Translations under genes and position numbers: made by a program
The notes under the pieces: generated by a model
The model's database searches: none
What the model was told of the DNA's origin: nothing
The model's input: the letters and a program-made list of their open reading frames with translations, nothing else
Assembly (NCBI RefSeq): GCF_003545875.1
Contig: NZ_QHCS01000001.1
Location: 1,267,337 to 1,331,336 of the forward strand
Length of the DNA stretch: 64,000 nucleotides
Reading direction: 5' to 3'
Source of the DNA: Leptospira stimsonii
Lineage (GTDB): Bacteria; Spirochaetota; Leptospiria; Leptospirales; Leptospiraceae
Shown here: piece by piece, positions 1 to 11,322 of the stretch
How the letters are laid out: each line of letters opens with the position of its first letter
Position numbering within the stretch: position 1 is the stretch's first letter

Positions 1-46
1 CGAAATCGTTTCCGAGCGAAAAGACGCGCCTTGCAAAAAAAAAGAA

Positions 47-1237
47 ATGAATAAAAAGAGAATTTTGTCTTTGGATCTTTTTCGAGGAATGACCGTAGCG
101 GGAATGATTTTAGTAAACAATCCCGGTTCTTGGTCGTTTATCTACGGACCTCTCAAACACGCAAAATGGAACGGTTGCACTCCGACCGATTTGGTATTTC
201 CCTTTTTTCTTTTCGCTGTCGGTGCGTCCATCCCGGTTGCATTAAACTCCAAGAATGAAATTTCCAAAGGAAGAATTTGGACTCTTATATTAAAACGAAG
301 TCTGATCTTATTCGGGATCGGACTCTTTCTTAATTTTTTTGGAGAATGGTCTCTGGAGCATTTGAGAATTCCCGGTGTTCTTCAAAGAATTGCGTTCGTA
401 TATTTTATCGTTTCTTCATTCTATTTATTTCTGATCTCCGATCCGAATAAAAAAAAAGAATTCAAAAATGATTCTTTTTGGAGAGAAAAAATTTCGGAAG
501 GAATTATTCTTCTTTTTTTGCTCCTCATTTTATCGATCCATACTTGGGTTCTAACGAACGTGAACGTACCCGATGTCGCTTCGATTTCTCTTGAAGAAGG
601 TAAGGATATCGGGGCCTGGATGGACCGGAATATTTTCGGAGAAAAACATCTCTGGAAATTTTCAAAAACTTGGGACCCGGAGGGTTTTTTTAGCGGTGTT
701 GCGGCTCTATCGAGCGCATTGATCGGAATGTTCTGTGGAAAACTATTGTTAAGCGAAAAAAATGCAAAAAGAAGAATTCTACTTCTTATGGGAATAGGCG
801 CCTTACTCACGTTTGGTGGTCTTTTTTGGGAACGTTTTCTTCCGATGAACAAGAGTCTTTGGACGGGAAGTTATTCCGTTTATACGGCGGGTCTTGCGTT
901 TCTTTGTGTCGCTTTTTTCGAATTCTTCGAACTACGAAACGAAGATCAAGAGAATCCGAATGTTTTCCCGGAAATGATTTTTCAGCCGTTTCTCGTTTTC
1001 GGGAAGAATGCTATTTTGGTCTTTGCGGCTTCGGGACTCGTCGCGAGAACTTTCAATCTTTGGATGATTGAGGGAAGCGCAGGGAAGTTGGTTTCTTTGA
1101 AAGTGTTTTTTTATCAAAAGTTGAATCAACTTTTTAATTCTTATAACGCTTCCCTGACATACGCGTTGATCCAACTTTTGATTTGGTGGGGAATTCTGAG
1201 CCTCCTGGATAAGAAGAAGATCTATCTTAAAGTCTAA
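47..1237 (+). CDS. Polytopic membrane protein, DUF1624/HGSNAT-like acyltransferase family (N-term LDLFRG...ILVN motif)
   Basis: 396-aa ORF with multiple hydrophobic segments. N-terminal 'LSLDLFRGMTVAGMILVNN' resembles heparan-alpha-glucosaminide N-acetyltransferase-like/DUF1624 proteins. Confidence 0.5.
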   Translation: MNKKRILSLDLFRGMTVAGMILVNNPGSWSFIYGPLKHAKWNGCTPTDLVFPFFLFAVGASIPVALNSKNEISKGRIWTLILKRSLILFGIGLFLNFFGEWSLEHLRIPGVLQRIAFVYFIVSSFYLFLISDPNKKKEFKNDSFWREKISEGIILLFLLLILSIHTWVLTNVNVPDVASISLEEGKDIGAWMDRNIFGEKHLWKFSKTWDPEGFFSGVAALSSALIGMFCGKLLLSEKNAKRRILLLMGIGALLTFGGLFWERFLPMNKSLWTGSYSVYTAGLAFLCVAFFEFFELRNEDQENPNVFPEMIFQPFLVFGKNAILVFAASGLVARTFNLWMIEGSAGKLVSLKVFFYQKLNQLFNSYNASLTYALIQLLIWWGILSLLDKKKIYLKV

Positions 1238-1384
1238 GATTTCTTTTCCGAGATTGAACTCCAAAACTCGATTTGCTTTAAATTGAGGATCGAAAGAAAG
1301 TCGAGAGGAAAACCGTAAGAAGGAGTATAGAAGGATAAGAGAAAAAAGGTTGGAATCCAAGGACTTCCAACCTTTAAAGACTTT

Positions 1385-2320
1385 TTACATCACCATTTCT
1401 AAATCGTCAAAGATCGGTGATTTGACCTCATCGAGCAATTTTTTCATTGCGAGATTGCGAAGGTTGTTCAATTCCAATCTCAGTTTTGAATCCAGAGAAT
1501 TTTTGGAAAGAAGATTGGAACAATTGATCGCAACCATTTTTAGGTCGTCCGGGGTTTTGATCTTGGACGAAATAAGAAGTTGATAGATGATCGCATATTC
1601 CTTTTTTCTAAAATGAATTCTTAAAAGAAAAGGAACGGAATAAAGTTCCGCCATGAGTTCCCACTTTGACTTCAGTTTCGGTTTCGATTCGGGATTCGCA
1701 ACGTCTTCTTCCTGAATTTCAGGTTCGAATATTGTTGAAATGGAAACCGGCTCGATTGTGGAATGATTCCTTTCCGGATTGAAGGAGAGCGGAGTTTCCG
1801 CGTCTCGAATCAAAGACTTGAGTGTCGAGAGACGAGTGAATTCTTCATAACGTTCCGGATCGGCTTTCATCAACTTCTTAATGTCTTCCAGAACGATACA
1901 GAAGGAAAATAGTTCAAGGACGCTTTGGTTTTGAATCGTCGCGATTTCATCCAAAACCTTTGCGAGAATCTGCTGATAACCAAGAGATTTTCGATACATC
2001 GCATTGTATTGAAGTTCGAGGTTTTTCTGATATTTTGAAAAAAGGACATCGATAAGAAACGCATCGGAGATCACATATGCGTCGAGACCGGGGACAGAAA
2101 AGTTCGGGTTTTGCTTTTTTAGATTCAGGACAAAGATGCAATTGGAATCCTTTAGGAAGCCGAGAATCTTTGATATTTTCTTTTCAGAAAGATTGAGGGT
2201 AGAGCGAAAATGGTAATACAAATCCGTGTTAGTCGGTAATTGATGATTCTCATTTTCCTTTTTAATTTTATCCAGGACGATTTGCGCTATTGTAATATCT
2301 TCCATCGTTTTTAGTTCCAC
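1385..2320 (-). CDS. Hypothetical protein
   Basis: 311-aa uninterrupted ORF with no recognisable motif. Confidence 0.4.
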   Translation of the reverse strand: MELKTMEDITIAQIVLDKIKKENENHQLPTNTDLYYHFRSTLNLSEKKISKILGFLKDSNCIFVLNLKKQNPNFSVPGLDAYVISDAFLIDVLFSKYQKNLELQYNAMYRKSLGYQQILAKVLDEIATIQNQSVLELFSFCIVLEDIKKLMKADPERYEEFTRLSTLKSLIRDAETPLSFNPERNHSTIEPVSISTIFEPEIQEEDVANPESKPKLKSKWELMAELYSVPFLLRIHFRKKEYAIIYQLLISSKIKTPDDLKMVAINCSNLLSKNSLDSKLRLELNNLRNLAMKKLLDEVKSPIFDDLEMVM

Positions 2321-2524
2321 GCCTCCAAAAGAATCGAATCTGATGGACCCTTTTTCTTTCTAAATTTATAACCTGGGCATACGAAATTCTTGCCTAGTTT
2401 TTCGAAAAAAAATGAATAATTTGTCAAAAAAAAATCGAATCAAATACCAAGAAAGGGGAACGAAAGGAAAAGAGGGGATTCGGGAAGCCTCAGACGGAAA
2501 CTTCCGCCTGAGGTTTAATTGTTG

Positions 2525-3736
2525 TTAGATTCTTTCTATGATCGTTGCGATGCCCATTCCGCCGCCGATACAGAGAGTCATAAGCGCATAACGTTGTTGT
2601 CTTCTTTCAAGTTCGTCTAACGCAGTTCCTAGGAGAATCGCTCCGGTTGCACCGAGAGGGTGACCCAGGGCAATTGCTCCTCCGTTTACGTTGATCTTTT
2701 CCGAAGGGATTCCGAGAGATTTTTGAGTGTAGAGAACCACTGAAGCGAACGCTTCGTTGATTTCCCAGAGATCAATATCGTCCGGCTTGAGACCGGCCAT
2801 CGCGAGCGCTTTCTTAGATGCGGAGACCGGTCCTGTGAGCATGATTGTTGGATCTTCTCCGGTAGAAGCCATTGCTACGATGCGTGCGCGAGGTTTTAGT
2901 CCGTATTTTTTTACACCTTCATCCGAAGCTAGGAGAACCGATGCGGCTCCGTCTACGATTCCTGAAGAATTTCCTAATGTATGAATGTGGTTGATTTTAG
3001 AAATTTCGGGATAGGATTTCAGGGCGATTGCGTCTAACTCTTTCTCGCCGATCGTTTTGAATACCGGACCAAGGTCTGAGAGCCATTCAAAAGTGGATTC
3101 GATACGGGGATTTTCGTCGCTATCGACAATTGTGCCGTCTTCCGTTTTTACTGGAATGATCGATTTTTTGAAATAACCGGATTTAATCGCATGGTCCGCT
3201 TTGATTTGAGAAGATTCCGCAAAACGATCCGCCTCTTCGCGAGAGATTCCGAACTTGGTCGCGATAAGATCCGCAGAGATTCCCTGAGGGACTAAATTAT
3301 AGTGTTTTTGAATATTAGGATTTCCGATATTGAAATCTCTTCCGTTTAAGTCCGCTCCCATTTTTACACGGGACATGGATTCTACTCCGCCGCCGAGTGC
3401 AATTTGCATAGAACCCGATTGAACGTGATTTGCGGCATTGTTTACTGCTTGCAGTCCGGAGCCGCAGAAGCGGTTTACCGTATATCCAGGAACCGAATTC
3501 GGCCAGAGCGCGGCCATTACCGCATAACGTGCAATACATGCCGCTTGATCGTCAACTTGAGATACACATCCCATTACTACTTCTTCAACGATTTCCGGTT
3601 TAATCCCGTTTCTTTCTTGGATTGCATTTAAGGTCGCGGCGGAAAGTTCTTGAGGGTGAATGGAAGCAAGAGTTCCTCTTTTTTTCCCTTTCCCTCTTGG
3701 AGTTCGAACTGCATCGATTACATAGGCGTTTGACAT
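2525..3736 (-). CDS. Acetyl-CoA C-acetyltransferase (thiolase II)
   Basis: Thiolase N-terminus '[16 protein letters not shown]', active-site regions '[10 protein letters not shown]' and 'GGGMG', full-length 400 aa. The ORF track starts at 3760 but the probable start is the second Met at 3736. Confidence 0.9.
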   Translation of the reverse strand: MSNAYVIDAVRTPRGKGKKRGTLASIHPQELSAATLNAIQERNGIKPEIVEEVVMGCVSQVDDQAACIARYAVMAALWPNSVPGYTVNRFCGSGLQAVNNAANHVQSGSMQIALGGGVESMSRVKMGADLNGRDFNIGNPNIQKHYNLVPQGISADLIATKFGISREEADRFAESSQIKADHAIKSGYFKKSIIPVKTEDGTIVDSDENPRIESTFEWLSDLGPVFKTIGEKELDAIALKSYPEISKINHIHTLGNSSGIVDGAASVLLASDEGVKKYGLKPRARIVAMASTGEDPTIMLTGPVSASKKALAMAGLKPDDIDLWEINEAFASVVLYTQKSLGIPSEKINVNGGAIALGHPLGATGAILLGTALDELERRQQRYALMTLCIGGGMGIATIIERI

Positions 3737-3851
3737 TTTTTTACCTCGTTGTGAATTCAATCCTTCTTGGTTGAATTGAACAACTGTTTAGTGAATTTAA
3801 GTGTTCCGGTTTCTATTTTGGGAACCGGGGGGAGTTTGCAATTCTTTTTGC

Positions 3852-3978
3852 GCGGGAACTCTTGCAGGAGGAGGAAGTTTGGGCCGCACCCTCTCTCGCG
3901 GATTTGTGCGTAATGAACGCCATTCGGATTTAAGCGCGAGGAGGGTCGGGCTTGCTACGGGCTCGCGGGAGTTCCCGC
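3852..3978. repeat. Inverted pair of the dispersed GAGTTCCCGC motif (gcgggaactct ... gggagttcccgc) bounding a ~125-bp GC-rich segment; MITE-like
   Basis: The two copies are reverse complements of each other at 3852-3862 and 3967-3978. The enclosed sequence is markedly GC-rich relative to its surroundings. Confidence 0.5.
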
Positions 3979-4246
3979 TCGGTCCTCTGCTCCGCATCCC
4001 TGCGGCGGCCTTGTTGTTAAACGGGGAGCCGCGCTCTTTTATGAAAAGGATTATTTCCGTTTGCTTCACTCAAAAAGAATGGGTAAGCCAGGTTTACAAA
4101 GAGAAAGAATTTTTGTGAGCTCTCCATTGGCAATGGGAGGAACGAGTGTGTTAATGCGAATACATCGATAATCTGAATTCTATGTTTAACAACTTAATGA
4201 AATTCGAAAATTAAAAAAGAGAAAGGATCTGAATGTTTGCTTTGGG

Positions 4247-4648
4247 TCAAGAAGATGAAATCACACTTCCTTCATAGAGAATTCTCCTAATAACCTTATC
4301 TTTAAGGTCAATGGACCAGATGAATGATTCGAACTTGGAGGGGAAGAAATTTTGAAGAATCTTTGCATTACGTTTCGTTCTATCTGATAAAAAAATTTGT
4401 ATAAGGATACAATATAAGAAACATCTTGAGATTCCATGAGAAGACGCTAATACACTCAGCATCGCCCATTCTTCTGGAAAAATTCTGGAATTTACTTTTA
4501 TTAAAGATTTTCCGGCCTTTTGATACTTTATTGTTAATGCTTTTTGAGAGAATCTCTTATTTTCTTTTAATCGCCGGCCGTACTGGCGTAATAAAAAATT
4601 GATATTCTTCCCAATACTTCGTCTTTCTGCGTTTGGTAATCTTTTCAT
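4247..4648 (-). CDS. Hypothetical protein (possible small DNA-binding protein)
   Basis: The ORF track gives 4247..4762 with a TTG start that overlaps a copy of the dispersed motif. The first ATG (MKRLPNAERRSIG...) is at 4648. Basic N-terminus. Confidence 0.3.
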   Translation of the reverse strand: MKRLPNAERRSIGKNINFLLRQYGRRLKENKRFSQKALTIKYQKAGKSLIKVNSRIFPEEWAMLSVLASSHGISRCFLYCILIQIFLSDRTKRNAKILQNFFPSKFESFIWSIDLKDKVIRRILYEGSVISSS

Positions 4649-4860
4649 TAAGTCCAAAGGAATCAAAAAGCTACACGTAATTTTGGGTCCTTTGAGTGAG
4701 GAGCAAATTACGCTCTTATCTATACTATTAATTTCCCGCACATTTAATTCGGTTCCCCGCAAGTTGAGAGCGTGTTCCGAATTTAATTTTTTTTTTCTAA
4801 AAGTTTGTTTTTTTCGAAGTTTTCTTTTCTAAAATAGATTTTGCTTTTAATAAGGAAAAA

Positions 4861-4885
4861 TACGGAGTTCCCGCAAAATTCTCTC
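4861..4885 (+). repeat. Dispersed motif copy (ggagttcccgcaaaattctctc)
   Basis: Match to the motif family found at 7671, 17627, 22184 and 39176. Confidence 0.5.
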
Positions 4886-5869
4886 TTACTGAAAAATTTC
4901 CTCCAAGACTTTAAAATACCAACACGAACCATTCCAGTTCTCAAGAAAACCATTATGACCTCCGAAATTTTGAATCGAAATTCGAACATTTCGATTCGGG
5001 TGAAGTGCGAGAAAACTCTCCCCACGAATGATTGGATCGTCTTTCGAAGTGACTATTGTTGTCGGAGTCAAAATTTCAGAGAGTTCCCGCTCCCCCAATG
5101 TGTAAGTTCCAAAGTAATGATCCAAATCGCGAAAATCGTCCGAAGATTCGATCAATTTTTCCGTCATCTTCATCACCGAACGCTCCTTAAGAATCTCTTT
5201 ATAAGGAACGATTGTCGGAAAATGATGCTGTTTCTTTTCAATGGATTCCTTCCATTTCTTAAGAAAATAGCGACCGATGATAAGTTTCTTATCCATTAGA
5301 ATCGTTGCATCTTTTGGATGAATCGCTGGAGAAATCGCAATACAATGTTTCAATTGATTCAGCTTTTTCTCAGAATGAGAATGAACTCTTGCAATTCTCA
5401 GAGTGAAATTTCCACCTAAGGAAAATCCTATAATAAAAACAGGAACATTCTTTTCTGCAAGAAAGCTGGCTTTTCTCACCGCCTCATAGGTCTCTTCGAT
5501 TAGGCTCCCATTGAAGGGGGCCGGATTGAGATGGTGCGTATCCCCATGATCCCTATAATTGAGGCGAAAGATGTCGTATCCTTGCTCATAAAAGCGATGC
5601 GAAGTTCTCAGAATATAAGTTGATTTAATGCTCCCTTCCCAACCATGAAGAAGAATTAGGAGTCCCTTCGTTTTTTGCTTCTTCTGTTTGCTAAATGAAC
5701 TTTCTAATTTCACTCCTTTGCCTACATCCAGGATCATCCTCTGCGCATTTTTTAAGAAGGGCATTTCCTTCGGTAAATTCCAAGCTAAAGATGCAAGTGC
5801 GGTTTGAATAAAAGGATATTTTAGGAGTCCCTTCGGATCGAATTTTGGAGTCTTTAGGTTTTGCAACAT
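4886..5869 (-). CDS. Alpha/beta-hydrolase, YheT-like (COG0429)
   Basis: 'LLILLHGWEGS' oxyanion region and 'GFSLGGN' nucleophile elbow (GxSxG), length ~330 aa. Confidence 0.75.
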   Translation of the reverse strand: MLQNLKTPKFDPKGLLKYPFIQTALASLAWNLPKEMPFLKNAQRMILDVGKGVKLESSFSKQKKQKTKGLLILLHGWEGSIKSTYILRTSHRFYEQGYDIFRLNYRDHGDTHHLNPAPFNGSLIEETYEAVRKASFLAEKNVPVFIIGFSLGGNFTLRIARVHSHSEKKLNQLKHCIAISPAIHPKDATILMDKKLIIGRYFLKKWKESIEKKQHHFPTIVPYKEILKERSVMKMTEKLIESSDDFRDLDHYFGTYTLGERELSEILTPTTIVTSKDDPIIRGESFLALHPNRNVRISIQNFGGHNGFLENWNGSCWYFKVLEEIFQ

Positions 5870-6071
5870 ACGAACATTTGTTAATTTGGAATGATTTGGA
5901 AAAGTCTTTTTAAATCATAAAAATCGATTATTCATTCCAAAAGAATTCTTTAGGAATTATAACTTGATCTCGAAATCGAAAATTCAAACCGAAAAAAACT
6001 GGCTTTTAGAACTCTCTAAAAAAAAGATACTGAGTCCAGATAATTTCTAATATTCGGAGCACAACAACAAA

Positions 6072-6797
6072 GTGAAGAATCTACTCGTGCATTTGTTTTC
6101 TTTTCAGATCCATTCCAAAATTGGATTCTTAATTCTTATTTTTTTTCTTTCTTGCAAAAGTTTCGTTCTGAATGGTGTGAGAGGCGGAGCTTTTACTACT
6201 TCTCCTAACGGAACCCAAAAGGATTCAAAAGTTTTAGAAATTTCTTGTAAGCCAATTCTCAAGCAAACGCAGTGGTATCTCCTTTTTGGTTCCTTTCCGA
6301 TAAATCGTGTGAACTCCTCGGAAATTCTTCCTGATACGAATGAAAATTATCGAGTAACGATCAAAACCACTTGGATGGACGGTCTCCTGAGCGTTCTTCT
6401 TGGAATTGCCGCTTCCGTGACTCGAAAAACTATCGAAGTGGAAAGTTGTGATGGCGGAGAAATTGCGTCTCTTAAGAATTCTCCGGTTCCAATGGACAAA
6501 ATGGAAACCAAGGCGGAAAATCCAAAATGGAAAGAAGAATTCTTAAGACAGAACGAAAAACAATGGAAGGATGAAGTTCAAGAACGTTTCTTCTCCGAGA
6601 AAGAGGAAGAAGTGGAATCTATCTGGAAAAAAGAAATGAGAAATTCTAAAAATCTTTCCGTTCTCTTTCTGAAATCCGGCGAGATTGTAAAAGGAAAAGT
6701 GACCCGGATCGATGGTGAGGGTGTTAAGCTCTTCTTCAAAGGTCAGGAGAAGACGTTTAAGCGCGCCGATGTCCTAAAAGTCCGCTTTCAAGATTAA
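6072..6797 (+). CDS. Hypothetical secreted/lipoprotein
   Basis: N-terminal hydrophobic signal sequence with 'FLSC' lipobox-like site. No other motif. Confidence 0.4.
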   Translation: MKNLLVHLFSFQIHSKIGFLILIFFLSCKSFVLNGVRGGAFTTSPNGTQKDSKVLEISCKPILKQTQWYLLFGSFPINRVNSSEILPDTNENYRVTIKTTWMDGLLSVLLGIAASVTRKTIEVESCDGGEIASLKNSPVPMDKMETKAENPKWKEEFLRQNEKQWKDEVQERFFSEKEEEVESIWKKEMRNSKNLSVLFLKSGEIVKGKVTRIDGEGVKLFFKGQEKTFKRADVLKVRFQD

Positions 6798-6811
6798 GGA
6801 GAATCATTTCT

Positions 6812-7498
6812 ATGTTTAATTTTCGGATTCTCGCGCTTCGATTTTTTTTCTCTCTCTCGATCTTGATTCATTCCGCTTGTTATCTGAATCCTTATTTTCG
6901 AGATCTTGTCTCCCAGGAAGACAAAAAAGAGTCTCCTCTGGCGCTCCTTTTACTTTTTGTAGGAGCTCCTATTATCAAGGGGGATGTTATCTTCTTTCCT
7001 CAAACGGGTCTTTCTTGGATGCGTTGCACACTTGGTCAAACTTTTGATCCTTCCACAAATACCTGTACGACAATCTCCGTCGCTCCCATCTATTGTTCTT
7101 CCTTGGATAATCAGTGCAATGGAAATCTTTTAGGCGGAGTTCTCTCTTCGGGGCCGGCCTTTGATGCCTGCGCAGGTTTTAGTTCTTCCAATGCCACTGG
7201 ATCTTGGAGAGTTCCCACGCACTTAGAGTTGAAGTCGATAGTTTCCTGTTCGAATGGGACGGATCTAAAGAATTTCACGGACACTCAAACTTGCGGAACT
7301 GGTTTCGATGTCCCTACGATTCGTAAGGATTGGTTTCCAGGAACTCCCACAAATAATCCGATTGAATTTTGGTCTTCCACGAGCGATCCCTCGAACGCCA
7401 CCTTTGCCTGGAAAGTGAACTTTAGCACAGGAGCGACGAATCTGACCGCTGGGAAGAATTCTTCTGGATACCTTCGTTGTGTCGCAGGCTCCCCTTAA
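6812..7498 (+). CDS. Lipoprotein with Lcl C-terminal-like DUF1566 domain
   Basis: Signal peptide with Cys (IHSAC). C-terminal '[12 protein letters not shown]...EFWSSTSD...YLRCVAG' is typical of the DUF1566 proteins expanded in Leptospira. Confidence 0.6.
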   Translation: MFNFRILALRFFFSLSILIHSACYLNPYFRDLVSQEDKKESPLALLLLFVGAPIIKGDVIFFPQTGLSWMRCTLGQTFDPSTNTCTTISVAPIYCSSLDNQCNGNLLGGVLSSGPAFDACAGFSSSNATGSWRVPTHLELKSIVSCSNGTDLKNFTDTQTCGTGFDVPTIRKDWFPGTPTNNPIEFWSSTSDPSNATFAWKVNFSTGATNLTAGKNSSGYLRCVAGSP

Positions 7499-7504
7499 GA
7501 AGGC

Positions 7505-7690
7505 GGACTTTGCGGGAACTCTACACTTTTTCGGGTGAAATCCCCTCCTTAAGTGTATTTTTTCTTGACAGGAAACAATTGAATCAAAAATTGTTTCCTG
7601 TATGGAAACAAAAAATACTGTACGTGTTTCCGGGGTGGCAAACTCAAAAGACGTAAAAGCGAAGAGTTCCCGCAAAATTCTTCTCCTAGC
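7505..7690. repeat. Second inverted pair of the dispersed motif (ttgcgggaactctac at 7505; agagttcccgcaaaattc at 7670) bounding ~165 bp
   Basis: Reverse-complement copies flanking an intergenic segment between the DUF1566 gene and the RND pump. Confidence 0.45.
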
Positions 7691-8037
7691 CCTTCTTTTT
7701 CTCAACCTCTCACTCGTTTCCCAGATCAACGCTTTCCGCTTTCTTAAAAAAAACGAAAGAACAGGAAATGTTCCACACACAAACTCGGAAACGATTTTCG
7801 GCATAAGAACATCCTCTTCCGAGTATATTCGAAAAATTAAATATTCTAAAATACAAAAAATTCTCCGCTTAAAACAACACGCACTGGCTCAAATACTGAA
7901 TACAAAAAAATTACCAAATGAAAGAAGAGGATCCGATCTAAAAGTATCCTCCGAATTGAAGTATTCCGCTTCTGAAAGTCCTTTTTGTTAAAATATTACT
8001 TTCAGAACTTATAAACTACCAATAGGAGTTCTATTCG

Positions 8038-11000
8038 ATGAACTTTGCAGCACTCTCTATCAAGAGACCCATTTTTATAACCTGTACCGTCTTGCTGATT
8101 CTTGTAGCTGGATATCTCTCATTGAACAAGTTGGGAGTGGACCTATTCCCTAACATCACGATTCCGGTCGTTACGGTAACTGTTCCATATCCGGGAGCGG
8201 CGCCTAACGAGATTGAGACGCTCATCGCAAAACCAGTGGAAGATGAATTGTCGACGATTTCCGGAGTCAAAAGGGTAAAGTCCATCTGTAACGAAGGAGT
8301 AGGGACGGTCGTTGTAGAATTTACTCTGGAAACGGACGTAAAGTATGCGGAACAACAAGTCCGAGATAAAGTTTCCAGCGTGAAACCGAAACTTCCCGAT
8401 GACGCCAAAGAACCCGTCATTCGAAGAATCGATCCCGCTGATCAGCCGATTCTTATCATTGCCCTCAAAGCTGAACTTCCGGAAGCAGAACTTTATGATA
8501 TAGCGAACGAAGAAATCAAACAAATTCTCTTAACAACCAAGGACGTAGGGAACGTAAACATCTACGGAGGACGAAAGCGTGAGATTCACGTGGAATTGGA
8601 TCGTCAGAAGCTGAAAGAGCATATGATTCCTGCTTCCGTTGTTTCTAATCGTCTCGCTTCGGGAGGAATGAACATTCCGGCCGGAAAGGTTAGTAAGACG
8701 GATAAGGAACTTGTTTATAGAACTATCAACGAATTTCATTCTCCGCAAGAAATCAGAGATACTCCGATTTCGCTTTTTGGAAACGAGGTTCCGGTAAGAA
8801 TCGGCCAACTCGGAGAAGTAAAGGATACGGTGGAAGACGAAACTTCTCGTGCTTACTTTAACGGAAAGAAGGCGGTCTTTCTTCTCGTCTATAAACAATC
8901 CGGTTCTAACACCGTGGCCGTTGCACAAGCGGTTAAAAAGAAGGTTTCCGAAATTAACGTCGATCTTGCAAAAAGAAACGGATCTCCGGAGCTTACGACC
9001 GCGAACGATTCTTCCATAACGATCGATAACAATATCTACGACGTAAAGGAAACGATCATCATCGGAATCATTCTCACGATCATTGTCGTATTATTGTTTT
9101 TAGGAAGCGTTCGTTCCACGTTGATCACCGGTTTGGCGCTTCCTAACTCTCTTCTCGGTGCCTTTATTCTTATGGCCATTGCTGGATTTACGGTGAACAT
9201 CATGACTCTTCTCGCCTTGAGTCTTGCAGTCGGTCTCCTCATCGATGATGCGATCGTAGTGCGTGAGAATATTTTCAGACACAGGGAGATGGGAAAGACC
9301 GCGAGAGAAGCTTCCATCGAAGGGACCAAGGAAGTGACGCTCGCAGTAGTCGCGACTACGATGACAGTGATTGCGGTTTTTATGCCGATCGCGTTCATAA
9401 GCGGTGTCGTTGGTCAGTTCTTGAGGGAATTCGGTCTCACGGTTTGTTTTGCGCTTCTTATTTCTCTCTATGATGCGCTGACGATCGCTCCGATGTTGTC
9501 CGCGTATTTCGGCGGAAAGATCGGCAACCACGGACATTCTTCTTCTCCTTCGCATACGATTCCCGATTTATCGACTCAAGTAGAGAAAGGAAAAAAGAAG
9601 GGCAAGAATAGTATTGCGACTACGACTTTGGAGGAAATCGCCTATTCCAAAATCCGCACTCAGAACAAGATCAGCAAAGGATGGATCGTAAGAATTTTTT
9701 CTCCGATTCTAACCCTTCTTGGAAAACTGGAAACTGGACTCGATTCTATTTTAAGTATCTTTAATGTGTTTCAGTCCTGGCTTGAGGATCGTTATGCTTC
9801 CGTCCTTAGATTCACCCTTAGAAGGCCGATGTTGATTTTATCCGGGGCGGTTTTGATATTCATAGTCAGTTTGGGGTTAACGAAATTCATTCCAAAGACG
9901 TTTCTTCCCGCTCAGGATGAAGGAAAATTCTCCGTAACTCTGGACATGCCTCCGGGAACTTCAGTCGCAAAGATGGCGCAGGTAGCGCAGGAAGTGGATC
10001 AAAAGATCCGTTCTTACAAAGAGATCAAACTCGTAGCGATGTTTAATACCAATCGAAACACGAATATGTTCGTAGAGATGGTTCCTTCCAAACAACGGAA
10101 GATGAACACGACGCAGTTTAAAGAATTTCTTCGCAAAGAATTGAGCGTTTTCTCTTACGCGAATCCGATCGTCAAAGACATAGACAACGTGGGAGGAGGA
10201 CAACGACCTTTTACTCTGATCGTCAGCGGACAAAAAGGGGAAGTCGTGGAAGATTATGCGAAGAAGCTTTTTACGCGCCTTCAAAAATCTCCCGCGCTTC
10301 TGGACGTAGATACGAGTTATCGTGCGGGCGCTCCCGAGTTTCGAGTGATACCCGATCGTCAGATGGAAGTTCTTCTCGGCGTTCCTGGAACCGTGATCGG
10401 AACCGAACTTCGAACTCTTGTGGAAGGAACGACTCCAGCGGTTTACAGAGAGAACGGAGTGGAATACGATATTCGTGTTCGTTTGAAGGAAGGTCAAAGA
10501 GACCTCAAAGAAAACTTTTATAGTTCCTTCGTTCCGAATTTTAACAATCGACTGATTCCGATTCAGAATGTCGCGAAGGCGGAGGAAACGACCGGACTCG
10601 CTACGATCAACCGTCTCAATCGAAACAAATCCGTTGAAATCTACGCCGATGTAAATCCGCAAGGTCCGGGAATGGGAGGAGCAATGGAAGAAGTCGCAAA
10701 GATCACCCAAACCGAACTTCCTCTTCCTGCGGGAGTTAAGATCGGTTATACGGGACAAGCGGAGAGTTTTAAGGAGATGGGTACCTCGATGGCGATTGCG
10801 ATGGGCCTTGGAGTTCTCTTTATCTATATGGTTCTCGCTTCTCTTTATGAAAGTTTTATCACCCCGATTGCGATCATGCTCGTATTGCCTCTCGCTCTTT
10901 GCGGCGCCTTTATCGCGTTATTCCTGACTCAGAAATCTCTGGACATCTTTTCGATGATCGGGCTCATCATGTTGATCGGCGTGGCTACGAAGAATTCGAT

Positions 11001-11307
11001 TCTTCTCGTAGACTTCACCAATCAGCTCCTTCAAAAGGGGATGGATATGAAGGAGGCGATCGTGGAAGCCGGAAGAGAAAGACTAAGACCGATTCTTATG
11101 ACCTCGTTCGCGTTAGTCGCGGGTATGCTTCCGATCGCGATCGGACTCAACGAAGCTTCTCGTCAGAGAACGAGTATGGGTGTTGCGATCATTGGAGGTT
11201 TGATCTCCTCTACGATTCTTACTCTGGTGGTGGTTCCGGCGGCTTTTTCTTACATTGAGAAGTTGAACCAATTCGTGAGAAGGAATTCTCCGAATCCGGA
11301 CGTATAA
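8038..11307 (+). CDS. RND efflux transporter permease (AcrB/HAE1 family)
   Basis: 1089 aa. Twelve-TM topology with two large periplasmic loops and canonical AcrB N-terminus 'MNFAALSIKRPIFITCTVLLILVAGYLSL'. Confidence 0.92.
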   Translation: MNFAALSIKRPIFITCTVLLILVAGYLSLNKLGVDLFPNITIPVVTVTVPYPGAAPNEIETLIAKPVEDELSTISGVKRVKSICNEGVGTVVVEFTLETDVKYAEQQVRDKVSSVKPKLPDDAKEPVIRRIDPADQPILIIALKAELPEAELYDIANEEIKQILLTTKDVGNVNIYGGRKREIHVELDRQKLKEHMIPASVVSNRLASGGMNIPAGKVSKTDKELVYRTINEFHSPQEIRDTPISLFGNEVPVRIGQLGEVKDTVEDETSRAYFNGKKAVFLLVYKQSGSNTVAVAQAVKKKVSEINVDLAKRNGSPELTTANDSSITIDNNIYDVKETIIIGIILTIIVVLLFLGSVRSTLITGLALPNSLLGAFILMAIAGFTVNIMTLLALSLAVGLLIDDAIVVRENIFRHREMGKTAREASIEGTKEVTLAVVATTMTVIAVFMPIAFISGVVGQFLREFGLTVCFALLISLYDALTIAPMLSAYFGGKIGNHGHSSSPSHTIPDLSTQVEKGKKKGKNSIATTTLEEIAYSKIRTQNKISKGWIVRIFSPILTLLGKLETGLDSILSIFNVFQSWLEDRYASVLRFTLRRPMLILSGAVLIFIVSLGLTKFIPKTFLPAQDEGKFSVTLDMPPGTSVAKMAQVAQEVDQKIRSYKEIKLVAMFNTNRNTNMFVEMVPSKQRKMNTTQFKEFLRKELSVFSYANPIVKDIDNVGGGQRPFTLIVSGQKGEVVEDYAKKLFTRLQKSPALLDVDTSYRAGAPEFRVIPDRQMEVLLGVPGTVIGTELRTLVEGTTPAVYRENGVEYDIRVRLKEGQRDLKENFYSSFVPNFNNRLIPIQNVAKAEETTGLATINRLNRNKSVEIYADVNPQGPGMGGAMEEVAKITQTELPLPAGVKIGYTGQAESFKEMGTSMAIAMGLGVLFIYMVLASLYESFITPIAIMLVLPLALCGAFIALFLTQKSLDIFSMIGLIMLIGVATKNSILLVDFTNQLLQKGMDMKEAIVEAGRERLRPILMTSFALVAGMLPIAIGLNEASRQRTSMGVAIIGGLISSTILTLVVVPAAFSYIEKLNQFVRRNSPNPDV

Positions 11308-11322
11308 GAATGAAACGCGAGA

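Noticed and set aside
3797-4118. Overlapping ORFs on both strands (90 and 105 aa) in the GC-rich block upstream of the thiolase gene
   Set aside because: They are GC-richness artefacts with Arg/Pro/Gly-rich low-complexity translations. The region is more likely non-coding, a structured RNA, or a MITE-like element.
8143-10758. Several 120-265-aa ORFs antisense to or out of frame with the RND permease (8143..8523, 8530..8928, 9036..9555, 9961..10758)
   Set aside because: They are fully embedded in a high-confidence 1089-aa AcrB-family gene, with no independent motifs.
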